From: Lama glama
Taxonomy: Eukaryota
Length of the DNA: 64,000 bases
Assembly (NCBI GenBank): GCA_028534125.1
Contig: CM052817.1
Span: 79,796,001-79,860,000 of the forward strand
Direction: 5' to 3'
The notes under the pieces: generated by a model
Seen by the model: only the letters and a program-made list of their open reading frames with translations
What the model was told of the DNA's origin: nothing
The model's database searches: none
Shown here: positions 12,027 through 26,750 of the stretch, in pieces
Numbering within the stretch: the first letter of the stretch is position 1
How the letters are laid out: each line of letters starts with the position of its first letter
Made by a program: the position numbers and the translations under genes

Positions 12027-15000
12027 CATGGTAAGTTGGTGAGATGACCTCTCTATTCCCTTCAAGATTTACATTCTGTGATTCTAATCACACCTTCTGA
12101 GTGAGTCAGAGCTCAGAATTATTGTGCACGATGAGGTAATTTGTGGTTTCCTGTCTAGATTATGGTAGAGGGAAGAATCATATAATGGATTTTATCTGAT
12201 AAATTAATGGAGACTTGTTATAACATAGAAAAATGAAATATTGCCTAATTAAACCCTTAAGCTTTAGATCCTTAATATTCTGATGAATAAAGTGAACAAA
12301 GCAGACTGGATTTTAACATGACGGATATATTTTGTGCCATAAAAACCCTGAAAAAAAAGGAAAAATACTCAGGCAATATGCAAGCAAGCCACAGTCAAGG
12401 GAGCGATGGAGAAATAAGCTAAAGGCAAAGTCAGAGAGAGGCACCTTGTTTTTACCTCATAACTGAACGACTGCCATCTCGAGGCTAAATCAATAAAGAA
12501 AAAGAATAAGACTTCATTGAACCAGAGTGATATTTTATATAGAATTATGTCAGAGGCCCATATAGTCAAGGGAAATGTTGTTAAATTACAGTTCACAAAC
12601 ATATTTGATTCAATCAAAGGAAGAAATCTCATACCAGTTTTGCCAGTGTGTCACAGACTAATGCAGTAGATCATGACCCTCAGGATAAATCACTCTTCTG
12701 TGGACTAAGAGCAGTCTTTTGTATTTCTAACGCTGTGTGCGGCTTCCAGAAAGAAATTAGCGTTTATCATGGCTGTCAGTTTCCAGAAAGCAAGTAAAGT
12801 TCTTGATGAAGTCTCTTCATTCTGGGAAAGAAACAGGAGGCTTACCTTTACTCCTGAATTGACACAGACAGAATTGATATGGTTAGTTGATGAGGCCACC
12901 CCTCTGAAACATTTGCCTACTGCACTGACATACATGGAGTCAGTTCCTTTGTGCCTGGGGTCATGCTGGTCACTCCATGCACTAACCTTGGGAGGAAGCG
13001 GTACCCCAAAGATCTCAAGTCTTAGCAAAACAGTAGTACCACACCATGCTTTCAACCAGGCATATAATTTTTTAAATTCTCATTAATTTACATAATTGTA
13101 GGTTTCCCACTACAGGGGTACTAACACACTTCGGAAAAGGCAAGCTCTGTCTCCAGTACCTTAATCAGAAAAGTCAATCAGTCACAAAGTGGAGAGGAAT
13201 CTAATTAAGCAGCTGATTCTCACAGTAACTCTCAAGTGTTTCCTCACTTTACAATTGTACACCATCTCATAACTAGAAAACACTGTCCTGTCACTTGCTA
13301 ATCCACATCATGATGACCCATATCAAGGTTGATAAAACTGAGGTCTGGAGGTTAACGCTGACTTCTCTCCATGAGGGAGTTCTCAAGGGCTCTATATCCT
13401 GTCTGTTTTTAACTCTGAAATATATTAACCTAGTCACCCTTGTGTACACGACACAGAAAAGGAAATGATCAGGTTTTATAACTATTTATAACTTTCTGAT
13501 TCATTCTTAGTCTCAGAGATCTGTGGGTGTTTACTACAACTTAGCAACTTTCTCTCATAAAATAATGCCCGGTAAACCTCTTCTTGGACCACAGCCAGGT
13601 ATAAACAGTATCAAAGCCCTCTCCTGCATCAGTGCACCTGATTGCCTTCAAAAGAGGTGAGGAGCACGCGAAGAGAAATTCCTCCCCCAGAAAGAACCAC
13701 TAACTAACAGGAAAGGAGTCTTGATTGCTAATGAATATTTTCAGTTTCAATTCCTAGATTCAGGGCTGTATATAAAGAGGCCTATAGAATGGAAGAATTT
13801 AAGCCTAGTTGTTGAGTGATTTGGGGAAAAACATACAAACCTGTTTGCTTTCCTGAGTGGCTGTGGCAACAAGGGAAGAGGGGAAAACTGTCGTCTTCTT
13901 TGGAGCTCTGTCTTGGGAACAAGGCACTGAGTTTTAAAATAGTCGTAAGGTACTTGAATCAGCAATTTTTGCAGGATTTCCTCTCCATGCTGAAATTAAG
14001 ATAGTTTGTCTTACAGGCTTTCCTCACTTTCTCTTTTTTTTCACACTTACACTGTGTGCCCTTGCTTCACTGCACTTCCCTTATCTGTATCTCACCCCGT
14101 TCCCTCTTTCTCTTCTCCCTATCCTGTAAGAACTTCTCAGAGGAGGTGCAGATGGGGATGGTAGAAAAAAACAAGCTCTCTGACTTAAAAGCCTGATGGG
14201 AAACAGTCAAGTAGATTTGGGAATTTGTTTTGTAAGTTCAGAATCCCTGAACATGTTAGGGGATTATGGCTACAGAAACCCAGTCAGATTAGCAGTGCTA
14301 CTCAGAAGTTCTAGCAGACTTGTTGATGGTGTCTTCTAAAGTCTGCCTTTAGTCTGAAGATCAGTTTGGGGTAGGGCTTGGGGGGGTCAGCTGGCATTAC
14401 CTTGGAGTGCCACTACCAGATCTAAATAAGAGGCTTGGCAGGTTGAGGGCTAAAGAGCTGGGTAGGCAGAAGTCTCCGGGGTGATGTTGTATAGGCTTGC
14501 AAAAACCCAATCTTATTCATACAAATGGAAATAATCGATTAGATTTCCGCAGCATGTATAAGGATTTCAGTGGCAGTTGAGTCTTGATGGTTGGCAAATA
14601 GTACAGAATTCTTGGTTTTAGAACTGAAGTCCTCCAATGGCCCATGACACAGTTTTACTGACTGAAGGACAGGCTAGTGTCTTTTGGTGCTTGAAATGTT
14701 ACAGCATATTTAACTGATTGACCCAGGGCTTGTGCATTGCTGGTGTAGAGAACTTCCTCCTTTTATCCCACCCCTCTACACTCCCAGCACTAGTTTTTGC
14801 ATCCACAGAAAATCAGGAGGATTTGGGCTGGGGAAGGAGGGCGAAGTTTTTCAAGATGTGAGCCGCAGTAGAATAAAGAAATTGGGGAAAATGGATAGCA
14901 TCTATCCCTGGCTCCTAGAACTGGGTTTGAGCCTAGATAATGGAAAGGATGTTTTGCTTGCCTTCTGCTACCCTTTGGACTGAAGAAGAGGAGAAAGCCA

Positions 15001-15400
15001 GCAGGCAAAGAGCTGTGTATTGTATAGACTGAGTGACCAAGTTATACCAAGTTAGGACTTCTCCCCTCCCGGAGTGCAGCATGGCTGTGGTGCCTTGAGG
15101 ATTGTCAGATGATGGGGCACTAGAGAAGCACCCTTGGCATCGCCTTGATGTTCTCATAAGGGGCTACAGTGATGCTCCCTCCATGGCTCTCTGGACTGCA
15201 CCACTGTGGAAAAGTGCGCCAGATCCAAGACAGACACATGTGAAGTACACCCTTCATACTGTTGCTCACAGTTAACTGTGGGAGACTTTGAGGGAGAGTT
15301 GAAATCCTGCAATCAAGCAAAGGGACATAGTACTTTGGAAATTTATGCTTAAACCTAATATATGCCTGTTAAGAAAATCATAAACGCCTTCTGCATGACT

Positions 15401-15402
<2 letters not shown>

Positions 15403-15442
<40 letters not shown>
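15403..15442. repeat. (TG)n microsatellite
   Basis: About 20 perfect TG units. Confidence 0.97.
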
Positions 15443-15445
<3 letters not shown>

Positions 15446-16614
15446 GAAGGTCAGGATTTAATATCTCAATACAGTGAAAGGCATATTTATTCTATATTAG
15501 TAGATCTTCTTTCTGGCCTTCCCGTTCCTATATAATTTTTTAACCTTTCTTAATCTCTATTGATTAAGAAGTGGTAGAGACGAGGTCCAATTACAACATT
15601 GTATACTGTTGAGAATATTTTTCACCAAAATTCATTTTAGGAAAAAATATTCTAGCACCAGAGATATCTCCATGTTTTTCTCTCCTAAAGCTTTTAATGA
15701 ATGAGCTCTTGTTTTGCGTTAGACACTTTACTCTTTTTTTTTTTTTCTGGTGAAATAAAAGCATGTGCATGATAGGACATTTGAAATTAGGGAGCTTTAG
15801 AAAGAAGAAGAAAGACCACAAATCATATACTGCCAGAAGCCTACTTTGGGAAACACCACCAGTACTGGCAGGATCAGACAAGTGGAGTCCAACCCACTGG
15901 TAGATGAGGACCAAAGTTGCCCCTCAGTTTATTAATGACAGAAACAGGATTAAAGCAAGATTCCAGCCTGCTTCCAACTACATTTTAATAGTGGCCTTCT
16001 GGAGGCAATAATGACTTTGCTCTTCTTATGTAGGCCTTGGAGAAGACATATTCTTGGGGATTTCAGACCACATAGTAGAGGGGACAACACAGCAAGCTAT
16101 TGGGGAAACACTGTAGATTCACTGAAGCCCTGATGTGATTTGGGCCTGCACAACAGACTATACTGTTAAGTGTATATTCTGGAACCCCCCAAAAACATCT
16201 GTTTTTGCCCTTATTTCTGATGGCCACAAGGCAGTATTTCTATTCTCCTCCCTATCACATTCAGTCCAAGGGAAAATATCAGAAAAATTAATATACTCCA
16301 ATCTAAATGTAATACCTCTCCCAGAGACAGTTGCAATTTTAAAGAAGGATTGAAGGTATAAGTCAAAGCAATTAATTTCTAACTGTGACATTTCCAGTAT
16401 CTGTAAATAAAATGTAGACCCATTGACAGAGGGCCATGGTGTTATATTACATGGAAAAGGTAGCTAACTGGGAAGATACCCCACATATTGAGACCAGGGC
16501 AGGCTTCAGGCATTCTAAACCCTAAGTGAGTCTTACTGAAGCAAGCTCAGAGTACTCCCATGGTTTCTTTCAGACACCAGGAAGAAGCCCAAGAATGGCT
16601 TAATTAGATTGGAA

Positions 16615-16820
16615 ATGTTTATTCATTCAGTCAATACACATTCATTGAGCATATGTTGTATGTAAGGCTTAACCTTAGACTAGGAGGAATTAAAAAGATG
16701 TTTAAATTATTTTCTGGTATTAAGGAGTCTTTATTCTGGTATTAGGGAGTCTTTATTCTGGTAAAGGAGATAAAACATATGTACAAATAACTTTAACACA
16801 AGGTAAAAAAAAGTGGTGTC
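16615..16820 (-). mobile_element. L2 3' end, containing a ~22-bp tandem duplication
   Basis: tttattcattcagtcaatacacattcattgagc; tattaaggagtctttattctgg followed by tattagggagtctttattctgg. Confidence 0.65.
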
Positions 16821-19137
16821 ATTAGAAAGATTCTTGGGTTTTTTTTTTTTTAAGACTGGAAGGTGCTAGAGCATGTTATTGAAAGAAGAACATATGTCCA
16901 TGAGAGACAGAGAGGGAATTATTAAAGGGTCAAGAGGAATAGAGTTTTTGAGAGAATGATGCTCCTGGAGTGAAATGTGGTGGGGTCAACTTGGTAGACT
17001 GGCTGGGAAAGAGACATAAAGGAAGGAAGAAAGAGCTTGGTGGGGCAGGGGTGTGAAATACTAAGAAAATATAATTTGAAAAGGAAAAAAGTATAGGAGG
17101 TTTATATTGAGTGGCCTAGGTCCATATTACATAGGATGGGAAGCTGTTTATTGAGGGTGAGCGTGGCAGCAGTGATGCTGGGGCTTGATGGAAAGGTTTA
17201 CTCTAAACCTTTATTCGTGCATCTGTTAAAGAGAGAACCTTGTCAAGTAGCGGTGATGGCCGAGCAGGTCATGCTGCATGGTTTTATTATGGATTCATTC
17301 AGCCCAGGTTTGTGACTTTGTATTCTGAGATTGAAAGCGAGGGCAGAAAGGGTGGATGGGGATTTTAACCTAATGGGATTTGGCAAAAGCACAGGTGGAG
17401 GAGAGAAAGGAATGGATGAAGAATGCCCAGAGAAACATCACTATGAGGATGAACCAGGGGCTGGGTGGCGGGGAGAGGGCATGTGCAGCTAGAAGAGCCG
17501 GAGGATCTGAGAAAGCCTGGTACCTCTCCCTGACACATTCATCTAAGCCCTGCCTAGTGATCTCCTCCACTCTGCCCTGAGGGTGAGTCCCTTTACATCA
17601 GTAGGAGAGGAAGTGGGTGAGTGTGGTCACAGGGCTCCAAAGGGCAGAATCTTAATAACGCAGTGGCTGAATTTGAATGCAGTTAGACTTAGATTTCCTG
17701 TAGATGTAATTCATGGAAAAAAATATCCTCTCTCACTTACATTTTTTAAAATGTGAACACACACTGCAAAGCGAAAACATTTATCTGTATAACAATGTCG
17801 TGTTGTTAAAAAATACAGAAAATATGATTAAATAAATAAAAACGCTTAGGAACAATTAGGCACTTTACAAATTCTTAGCTGTCATCAATCATTATTCAGT
17901 CTCACCCTGTTTTCCCTGGGCTTGTGTAGATTTTTTTTTTCTTCATCTTGAATCTCTATACTTAGAATCAAAAGCCACTCCAGAATTGAAAAACCTATAC
18001 CAGGAGTCAAATATCTGATCTTTATTTCGCTGTAAGTTTTAACTTCCCTGAGGTGGGGATTTTCAATTTTTTTAAAACTTCTTTGTGTTCTAAAATGAGG
18101 AAGAAACTGTTTTTCTTCATTGCCACTTCTGAAAGAGAACAGATGAGGTCACTAAGTAAAACCCTGTCTTTCCCCTAGTCAAGATTTCTAGTTACTTTTT
18201 TTCTTCTTGGAAGGGACATACTTCTGTCCCCACCTCCCAGTCAACATCCTTTCATGGTTATCTCCTTAGGATCACTGTAGCTTCACATCCATGGATGAAG
18301 TCTAACATGGAATTTTGGTTGAGAAATTAGACTCACCAGAACATGACTTTTAAAGAGAGAATTCACCAAGATCTTGAGATAGAGGTTAAGTCCCAGGTAG
18401 ACTTGTCCTGGTGGATGCATCACATCCACTGCTGTGGGCCATTTAGGAATCAAAGGCTGTGGGGCTGCGTAGGACAGAATTTCTGGAGGGCTGCCCTGGC
18501 CCTAGCTCCTTCTCACTGATTTAACAACGGTGGACCTCCCATCATCCAGCTCCTGCTGTAGCCACCATGCTCTGCCAGGCCCTGCTGAGGTCTCCTCAGT
18601 TACATTCTTGGTGCTCAAATTAATTGTGTGACTGACATTGAAAGGTAAATAGCCTTTATTTAAAAATTCATTTAAAATAGTCATTAAAAAGGATAAGAAT
18701 CACAACTGAGCCATAACCTTACCCTGGGAAGTAGCAGACAGCCCCAAACTTGGGTCCTGGTGTCCTCACTTACTCTGTGAACTCAGGCTGGGTGCCAGGC
18801 TCATACAAAGTCTCAACTGTGTCAGCAGCTCATTTGCTTTTCTTCTTGGTGCCACCTTTGGAGGGAGAACTGAGTGAAGCCCTGAGCGTGCCAGCTTTGT
18901 GGAGTGAAATCACTTTGAGGGGAAGGAGGCAAAGAAGGACTTTGCACCCCACCCTTGCATGGGATCGGTATTGTGATAAAGGCTGCTCCAGAAAGTGTCT
19001 GTGTGTCTCCAGGGCCCTGACCTTGGACCTCTGAAGTTGGGTCAGTGGGCACTGCAGGTTTAGAGCTGGGTTTCAGGACAGCTTTAGGACAGGAAAGGTA
19101 TAAAACAGCAATGGCAGGAGCCCGCCCTATGTCTCGA

Positions 19138-19315
19138 GCTGTGTCTCAACCCTGTCTGCACTTTAGAATCATTCAAGGGCTTTTGAGAAAATACCAATGG
19201 CTGGCCTGTCCCAGACTAATTGAGTTAGCATCTTAGGAGTGGGGTCCAAGCACTGGTATTTTTTTAACAGCTTCCGAGGTGATTCAGATGCACAGGCATG
19301 GTTGAGAACCACTGG
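19138..19315. mobile_element. MER5A-like MITE
   Basis: tctcaaccctgtctgcactttagaatcattc...ggttgagaaccactgg terminal inverted repeats. Confidence 0.75.
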
Positions 19316-19554
19316 CCTAGAGTCTCTTCCAGGCTCTCCCTCTTATCTCGGGCCTGCAGTGACCGATCCATCTCTCCCAAGATGCTTCAGAGGAAGTAGA
19401 GGTTAGTTCTTATTTGGGATTTAGCCAGTGATGCCCCAGATGCTCTTGAGACTATTTCCCTTTGTTTCATTGTGAAACTCAGTCTGTCAGTTATTGAAGT
19501 GTCATTTGATTAATTGTTGTTTTCACAAATTCATATATTGTTTGTTTAGAGGCA

Positions 19555-19790
19555 AGAAATGCCATGGTTAAAAGCAGAGGCTCTGAAGTCAGCCCGCTGG
19601 GTTTCAATTGCAACCCCACTACTCACTACTTAACTAGCTTTGTGATCTCTCAGTGCTTAAGTAACTATAAGATTGGGTGATGGCAGTATCCTCCTTTAGT
19701 TCCTGCTGTGTGTATGTATTTAATGAGTTACTGTATCTAAAGTGCTTAGAATAGTGTCTGATATAGTGATTGTTCAATAAATATTAGCTG
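19555..19790 (+). mobile_element. MIR SINE
   Basis: atggttaaaagcagaggctctgaagtcag...aagtgcttagaatagtgtctg...caataaatattagct. Confidence 0.8.
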
Positions 19791-20129
19791 GGTTTTTTTT
19801 AAATCATTTTACTACCAAGCTCCTTTGGTTAGAAGCAAGAGCCTACCTTTGATTACTACTTTATGTTATTCAGGGAAGCATTACTACTAAAACACTTCTG
19901 GAGCTTACATCTGCTGAGGAGAAAAAATTTTTCCCCCAATTATACACAGCAAACTATGTATCTTAAGTATATCCATTTTTGTAACCTAAACCCAAATACT
20001 GTGAATATGATTTTAATTTCCTAGAGGAGATTTCAAGGAAATTGAAATAGGACAAGATATCATGGCACAAGGAGGTGACCAGGCTGATGTGACTCAGTGT
20101 GGATCAGCATGGAATGAGGAATGCCAGGT

Positions 20130-20372
20130 CTTAGAGGTTGCATTGTATCCTACCCCAAAAAAGGATACATTGAAGTCCAAATCCCCATCACCTTATTTAG
20201 AAATAAGATCATCACAGAAGTAATTGTTTAAGATGAGGTCTTACCAGAGTGGGGTGGGTTCCTAATCCAATATGACTGATGTCCTTGGAAGAAGATGGCC
20301 GTGTGTGAAGAGAGACATATGGGGAGAACACCATGTGATAACAAAGGCAGAGACTAGAGTCATTTGGCTGTA
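20130..20372 (+). mobile_element. MaLR LTR 5' portion (MLT1B/C-like)
   Basis: taagatgaggtcttaccagagtggggtgggttcctaatccaatatgactgatgtcctt...catgtgataacaaaggcagagactagag. Confidence 0.75.
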
Positions 20373-21310
20373 CTGAGACGTTTAGTATGGTCCAGTGGCT
20401 GCCGAGTGGCAGAGCCAAGGTCAAACTTCAGGGTTCATGCTTCGAGTCACAGCCATCTTTCAACATTAGCAAACAGAGAAGCTCTGAAAGTAGAGAAACG
20501 ATCCCCCTAGCTGCTTATCTGAGGAGCTAGGCAGGAGCAGACCAACTTGCTCCTTCCAGGAGTGGGAGGTGTAGGCACCAGACTCAAGGAAGACAATGAT
20601 GTGGGTCCCATCCTTTCTCCACCAGCTGTGAGAGACTCCAGTGAAACATGAAAGGAACAAGTAAAAGCAGTTCCCAATGACAGCTACATAGGGTTTTTAG
20701 AAATTTTCCTTTATTGAGAAAATTAAAAGGTAATTCAGACTTTGGTTGAACTTTTGTTTTTATGATTGATAGTCAAATGTCTAAAATGTGGAACTCACTG
20801 TATTCACACAAGCATGCTTACTACTTTTAGTACCGCAATAGATGGAGTTCCCCCAACACAGAGATCTGAACAGTTCTATCTGTGTGGTCCACATAAAAAT
20901 GTATGGTACATTTCCACTTGTATATGTTGCTTTGTCATGACAAGGAGAACTTCTGTTTTTGACTTGGTATCTACACGAACTAAATCCTTTGCTTATACAT
21001 GTGAAGATTCTGGTAATGAGAAGAAATTTTCATAGAGCAGCTTCTGATGGCATACATTTCAAGCACTTTTTCTCCTCTGCTCCCCGTATCCACTGATGCT
21101 GGGCATGGCAGGACACATTCATATCATTAATCTGCCTCTAGCCCTTTCTCTTCATGTCACGACACAGGTAAGTTGGCACCATAGGGCGGTAGGAACACTC
21201 CTGGAGGCCATTCCTACAATTGCTTAACTATAAACAAAGAGGACTGCAAACCATATAAGCATATGCTACTAAACCTAAACTAATTATGTTTCTAGTGTAA
21301 TTCCCCCTTA

Positions 21311-21524
21311 GCCCAATGTTTCTCAACCTCATTTTCCCATTTATCACCTTTCTCCAAGGAATGTTCTTAGACATTTTTTTCTTAATTGCCCCCTTCATGA
21401 AATTTTACTGCCAAAGATATATTGTATATATGTTTATATAATGTGTATCTATGAGCTTATACATAAAAAAGAATGAGATGTTTTGCCTCTGTGAGGAGCA
21501 ATGTCACTGCATTGAGAAAGCATG
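21311..21524. mobile_element. hAT-type MITE relic
   Basis: Imperfect terminal inverted repeats caatgtttctcaac and attgagaaagcatg. Confidence 0.45.
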
Positions 21525-22814
21525 CCTTAGCCGAATCTCCCTAAATATTTATGCCATTCTCATGCCACTTTGCCCAAGGGAAGATGTGACAGGGGGTAAA
21601 CTGGAAGGAAGAGGAACATATGACCATAGGAACACATTGAGAGGAACCCTCCCAGTGCCCTGGAAGGGATCAGTTTAAGTAAGGAAACATGATGCTTAAC
21701 CTCCTTTTTCTTCATGGTAAATACACCTCTGCCAGTGTGATGTGACTTTTGGGGGCATGACAAATAAGAAAACCACAGAGAAAAATCAGAACGTGATCTT
21801 CCTTCAGAAAACCAGGCAACTGTCCTAATATCCTTCTTATCCCTCAGGAAACAGGGTCTATGCTCACTCCCTTCCTGAAAAAGCAAAGAAACAGACCAGT
21901 GAAATTCCCCAGAAAAGACTGAGAAATCTGCAGAGAAACCGGTCTCTCCTATTATTTCAAAATCAAGTGACTTCTCAGGCATGGTAGCAGTTGATTTCAT
22001 AATATAACTGTATATTTAAAAGATAAAGTTTTATTGTAAAGTGTTCATTGATTTGGCAATGGTGATTGAAGACATTTAAAATAATTGAAGTACTTATACA
22101 GTTGTCAATATATCATTCTACTTACTGACTTTAAAAAACAAACTTAAATTCAGTTTAAAATGTTTAAGTCTTGACTGATAATAAGAAAGCATTCAAACTA
22201 TAGCTGGTGTGTATAAATACTGGACATTTGGTACTATGCTACCACCAGTAGAATTTACTGATTTTCACATTTCCTCATGCTTTGAAGGAAAAGTGAATTT
22301 GAAGGATGTACACATTGATATTATTGTGATTATAAAATGCTGTGTTTTGAGGATCTGTAGGGTATCACATAGCTGGTCATTCAGTCTCCGCTGGGCTGGG
22401 AAATGCTGCTCGATGCTGTCTGCCTGAGAATATTGACTGTAGTGTAAAGGATCATTCAAGATGTTTTTACAGACTTAAAATAGAAAGACAGGTTTTACTT
22501 TTTTCCCATGTAGGGGAGAGTGGAACATTTTAAAATTGAGACACTTAAAAAGAATTCCAAGATAAAAGAAAGTGAGACTTGAAATTTCTAAGTAGTTCTG
22601 GGTCTTTTAGTCACAGTCCCCAAGTCATTTCTCATAAGGTGCTTTTATTTTTGGTAAGTTGCACACTTGCTCCTATAAAAGCAATTCTTATTTACAGTGT
22701 TTAGGAATACAAGGGTTTAATTTAGAAAACTGATAATAATGATCAAATAGCACTCAGTACAGAGTATGCCTATAATAAAGAGAACCACGTGCTGTTGCCA
22801 TTAAAATGTGAAAG

Positions 22815-22985
22815 CACTCCTTCAGAGTGACTTAGCTTCCCTAAGCCACACTTTCCTCTTCTATAAAGGGTTGTAATAAAGTATTTTCCAAAAAGGTTGT
22901 TGTATGGATTAAACAAACTGCGTCACAGCGGTTTAGAACTTGTCCTTTGTTCGCAAGTATGGAGAGTTGTTGCCATTACTCTTGT
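22815..22985 (+). mobile_element. MIR fragment
   Basis: gtgacttagcttccctaagccacactttcctcttctataaaggg...aggttgttgtatggattaaa. Confidence 0.55.
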
Positions 22986-25899
22986 TGTTTTGAGTTGGAG
23001 TGTCAGGAAAAACACTTCTTGCCCAAGCTCTTCGGATTGCGGTGTGGCGATCTGCTTATAGGTTATCATTCTTGTTTTTTAATATAGGGATTCACAGGAT
23101 TTGCTGTGATGATACTGGACATAATTATCTATTAATCGTGTCATGATTGTACTCAATTAACATCCTGTCTACTTGTTTGTATCTGCTACTAGGCTATAAG
23201 TTAGCAGGGCTCAACTGTGTGTTGAATGAATACCAGATAGGTGGTGATGATGTCATGATAGATAGTTACACACTTCAGTTTTCTCAGGTGAAATGTTTTT
23301 CCCATGTGGTTTTAAAACCTGCCTCAATTGTAACCTGAGGCCTCCATGACTCATTCAGCCTCCCAACCAAAAACACCAGGAGTGCCAGTTACTGTAAAAG
23401 GCAATGTCTTCAGAAAGAAAAGCTGTCTACCTACAGTAACTAAACAGAAACCACCTACCATCTAATTTCAAGCTGTCCCATGAACCACCAAAGAGCAGGA
23501 ATTTTCCATTCCCATCTAAGAAGATTGCTGTTTAACAAGTGGCCTAAATCACTTTGGAAGGTATTTTGATTGGAGTAAAGAAAGTGATCTACATATACTC
23601 GTTAAAACTGTCTTGAGTCTACACTGTGGACTACAATGTGCTAGTTTCTCTGTGGGTTACATGAGAATGGAAGCCCCCTGCCCCTTCCCTCAAAGAGCTT
23701 GCTACTGTGTCAAGGAGATAAATCTATGCTAGAGAAGGGAGGATTGATTCAAAAGTATCTCAAAGGACAACAGACATACAAATTATTGGCTCTTATCTTG
23801 TGATTTCTGGGGACGTTATCCCAGAGGAAAAAATAATAACTCCGTTGATTTTTTTGGTAAATTTTAGACTTAGAATTAAGAATTACTTAATTTTAACTTT
23901 ATTTGTACAGGGTCAGGGTGATTTCAGAAAAAAAAGAGCCTAGTAAATTTACTTTACTCCGCTTTGTACAGATTTTTGCTTCTTCTACATAAAAATGTAG
24001 CTGAGAGTAGCCTTCAGCCCAGGGTCCTTCCTGTTCCTCTGTGGATTTAACAGTTCATAAACATAATGCTGGCCTCAGGAAGCCAATGAAAGACCTCATT
24101 CTGGCTAGAGCTTGAGTTGAAGATAAATGCCCTCCAGTCCTTTCTTTCCCCATGATGTTATCTCTGCCCTGTCTAAACAGGACAGGGTAAGGCAGGAAGG
24201 ATCAACAGACGGAGATGTGGCCAGGCTAGAACAGGTTGGCAGGGTAAAGGGGGCTGGGAGCTTCTGAGTTGGGACCCTACTGAAAGGTGAAGGGCCTAAA
24301 ACAAGGTAGATTCTTGTAACAGTGGGATGAGAAGGAGGACATCATGCATGGGTGGAGATAGAGTGATGAGTGGCTCAAATTCACACTCAGTTGAAAACAA
24401 GGTATTGTCAGCAGGACTGTCCTACAGCAACTGGACTGGAGCTAGGATGAAGCATCTTCCCTGATCTGGTCACATGTGTTTAGGTGAAGCAGAGACTGGA
24501 GGCCTCATGCATGGCCTAGGCTTAAAGGTAGCCAGTCCTGCTGGGATTTGCTTTGCCTCTGTATCAGTTAGGACTGCTTTCTTCCTCTTGTATCACTTAC
24601 AAGATGGACACTGCAGCTCTGGACGTCACATCCATGTTCATCCAAGACAGTAGGAGAGGGGCTAGGAGAAAGGGGTTAATGTTAACAAAATTTGTTTTCT
24701 GTCTTGTTGCCAGAATGGTGTCACTTGGTAATACCTGGGGATTCTAGCAAGAAAGACTGAGGAATAAATTGTTTTTGCATCCTCTAAAATAGATAGAGTC
24801 AGTAGAGAGCTGGATCTGGGTAAGGGGGAAACAACATACAGTGTCTGTCACTGGCTCTGAAACACTCCTCACCACTTGCTCCCTTACCACTCCATCCTCA
24901 ATTCGATATTTTTTTTAAAAGTAGAGAACGCTCAAGGATATTTCTAGTAGAAATAGTCATCAGGCTCACTCAAATCCTTATGCAATTTATAGTGACTGAT
25001 GCTATGCTATGGAGAGGTCAGGTAGGATAAATAATGACGAGAGCTTTCAGCATTAATGACCTCAGAGACAGCAATTTCAGTAGAGGGATGCACAAAGGAC
25101 ATAACTGGTATGTTATTTTACTCACCTCAGCCTGTGTCTCCGTGGCAGCCATGAAAGCAGGGCTTCAGCATTACCTTCTAGCATTTCTATTTATGACATC
25201 AGCTTCTGCCGACAACCAGAAGCAGACTTCTTCGCTTTCCCTTTTTCCTTCTCCCTTCTCCTCCCCAAACATATTGAGATTTATCCTTCTCATATATCAA
25301 GTATGATTCTCTCCTCCCCTTCATTTCTGTTTGCATGTAGAAGATACTGTTGTTTCTTGAGTTGTTTGCACAGCAGATTCTGGTAAAAAGAACTCTGTGC
25401 TCTTACCTGAACAGACGCTGTCTGGACAACGTCATTTGTATTGATGAACTTTACAAATAGCATCCCTGTTGGACCATCACTCAACCAACAAAGCCATGTG
25501 GCACACACCAGATAATCTGGTTAAAAGTAGTTCTACTGAAAAGACAAATCGGCATAAACCAGAATTGGTTTAAAACCCATATTTCCAATCACTTGTTTTG
25601 CGTCCTTTTCGGTAGTGTTACTTATTTTACTTTATAATGATGTCACATAGGAAGCCCAGTCCTGCATCTACAGGAGGCTTTGCTAAATTACCAAAAAAAA
25701 ACTGAAAAAAAAATTTTTTCTACAAACGGTTATGGGAATCACATAAGATCAGAAGTAAATTGTGATGTGAAGCACAGTGCAGGTCACAGCAAGCTCTTTA
25801 CCCCTAAGGCAGTAAACACTGAGCGAGACTGGAAAACTGCTTCCTGGGGAGTCCGCTGGTTGTGTTGAGTGTAGGCTTTAAGCTTCAAAGAACTACCTG

Positions 25900-26750
25900 G
25901 AAGCTGGTTTGGGAATTTAACAAGATGATTATAAATTTGGTTCTAGACATATTGAATTTGAGATTCTAATCTAGAGAAAGGTCTGGATTGAAAAGCCAAA
26001 CAGGATTATGTAAATGGGGAAGGGAAAACTGAAGAGAAATTGAGGCTGAAAGAGATTTGAGTCCATCCTTGAAACTGTGGAGCTGGTTAAGATTACTAGT
26101 GTAGAACATGGGATGAGATAAAAGAAGGTTTGATGAGACTGCTATCTACCTAACCAGTACCGATTCTGCAGTCTTCCTTAATAACAGAATGCAAACTGTT
26201 AGCTGAGCACATTACCTCCTGCAATGGAAGACCACATTTCTCAGCTTACCATATAGCTGTTGGCCCATGACCAAGTTCCAGCCAATTATGTGATGTCAGA
26301 AGTGCTGTATGGGACTTCTAGGACAGAGCATGCCCTCTTTCTTTCCCAGTGCTTGGAATGCAGAGGCAGTGGCTGACTCTAGCAGCCATGCTGGCCATGG
26401 GGTGGCCTTGAGGAAGTCACATGCAACGGGCCAAACAGTAGAAGGCACAAATTTCTATTGACTTCATGAGGCTCTTCTATACCAGTTCTGAGCATTCTGG
26501 ACACTAGATTTTCTTTCACTGGAGAGAATAAACCTTTGTGTGTATAAGCCACTTTAGTTGGATCTTTGTTGCTTTCAACTGAACATAATGTAACTAATAC
26601 AAACTCAAGGTGAGACAAAGAAGAGCTAAAGAAAAAGACAAGGCAAAATCAGAGAGGTAGTAGGAGGATTAGGACAGGGTATATTAGGGAACCAGTGGGG
26701 AAGGAAAATGGAAGATTATCAGTGGTATCAAATACTGAAGAGAGGGGAAC
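25900..26750 (-). mobile_element. L2 fragment interrupted by a MaLR LTR
   Basis: Purine-rich antisense L2 text (ttggttctagacatattgaatttgag; agagaggtagtaggagga) on both sides of the LTR. Confidence 0.55.
26140..26601 (+). mobile_element. MLT1-family MaLR LTR
   Basis: 3' end gagagaataaacctttgtgtgtataagccact...ctgaacataatgtaactaataca. Confidence 0.75.

Noticed and set aside
14150..16600. Possible ancient LTR-retroelement internal sequence
   Set aside because: It has a repeat-like texture but no diagnostic motif or terminus that I could identify.
21750..21980. Cluster of RUNX/ETS/NF-kB-like motifs
   Set aside because: Short motifs are expected by chance in A-rich DNA and there is no independent support.
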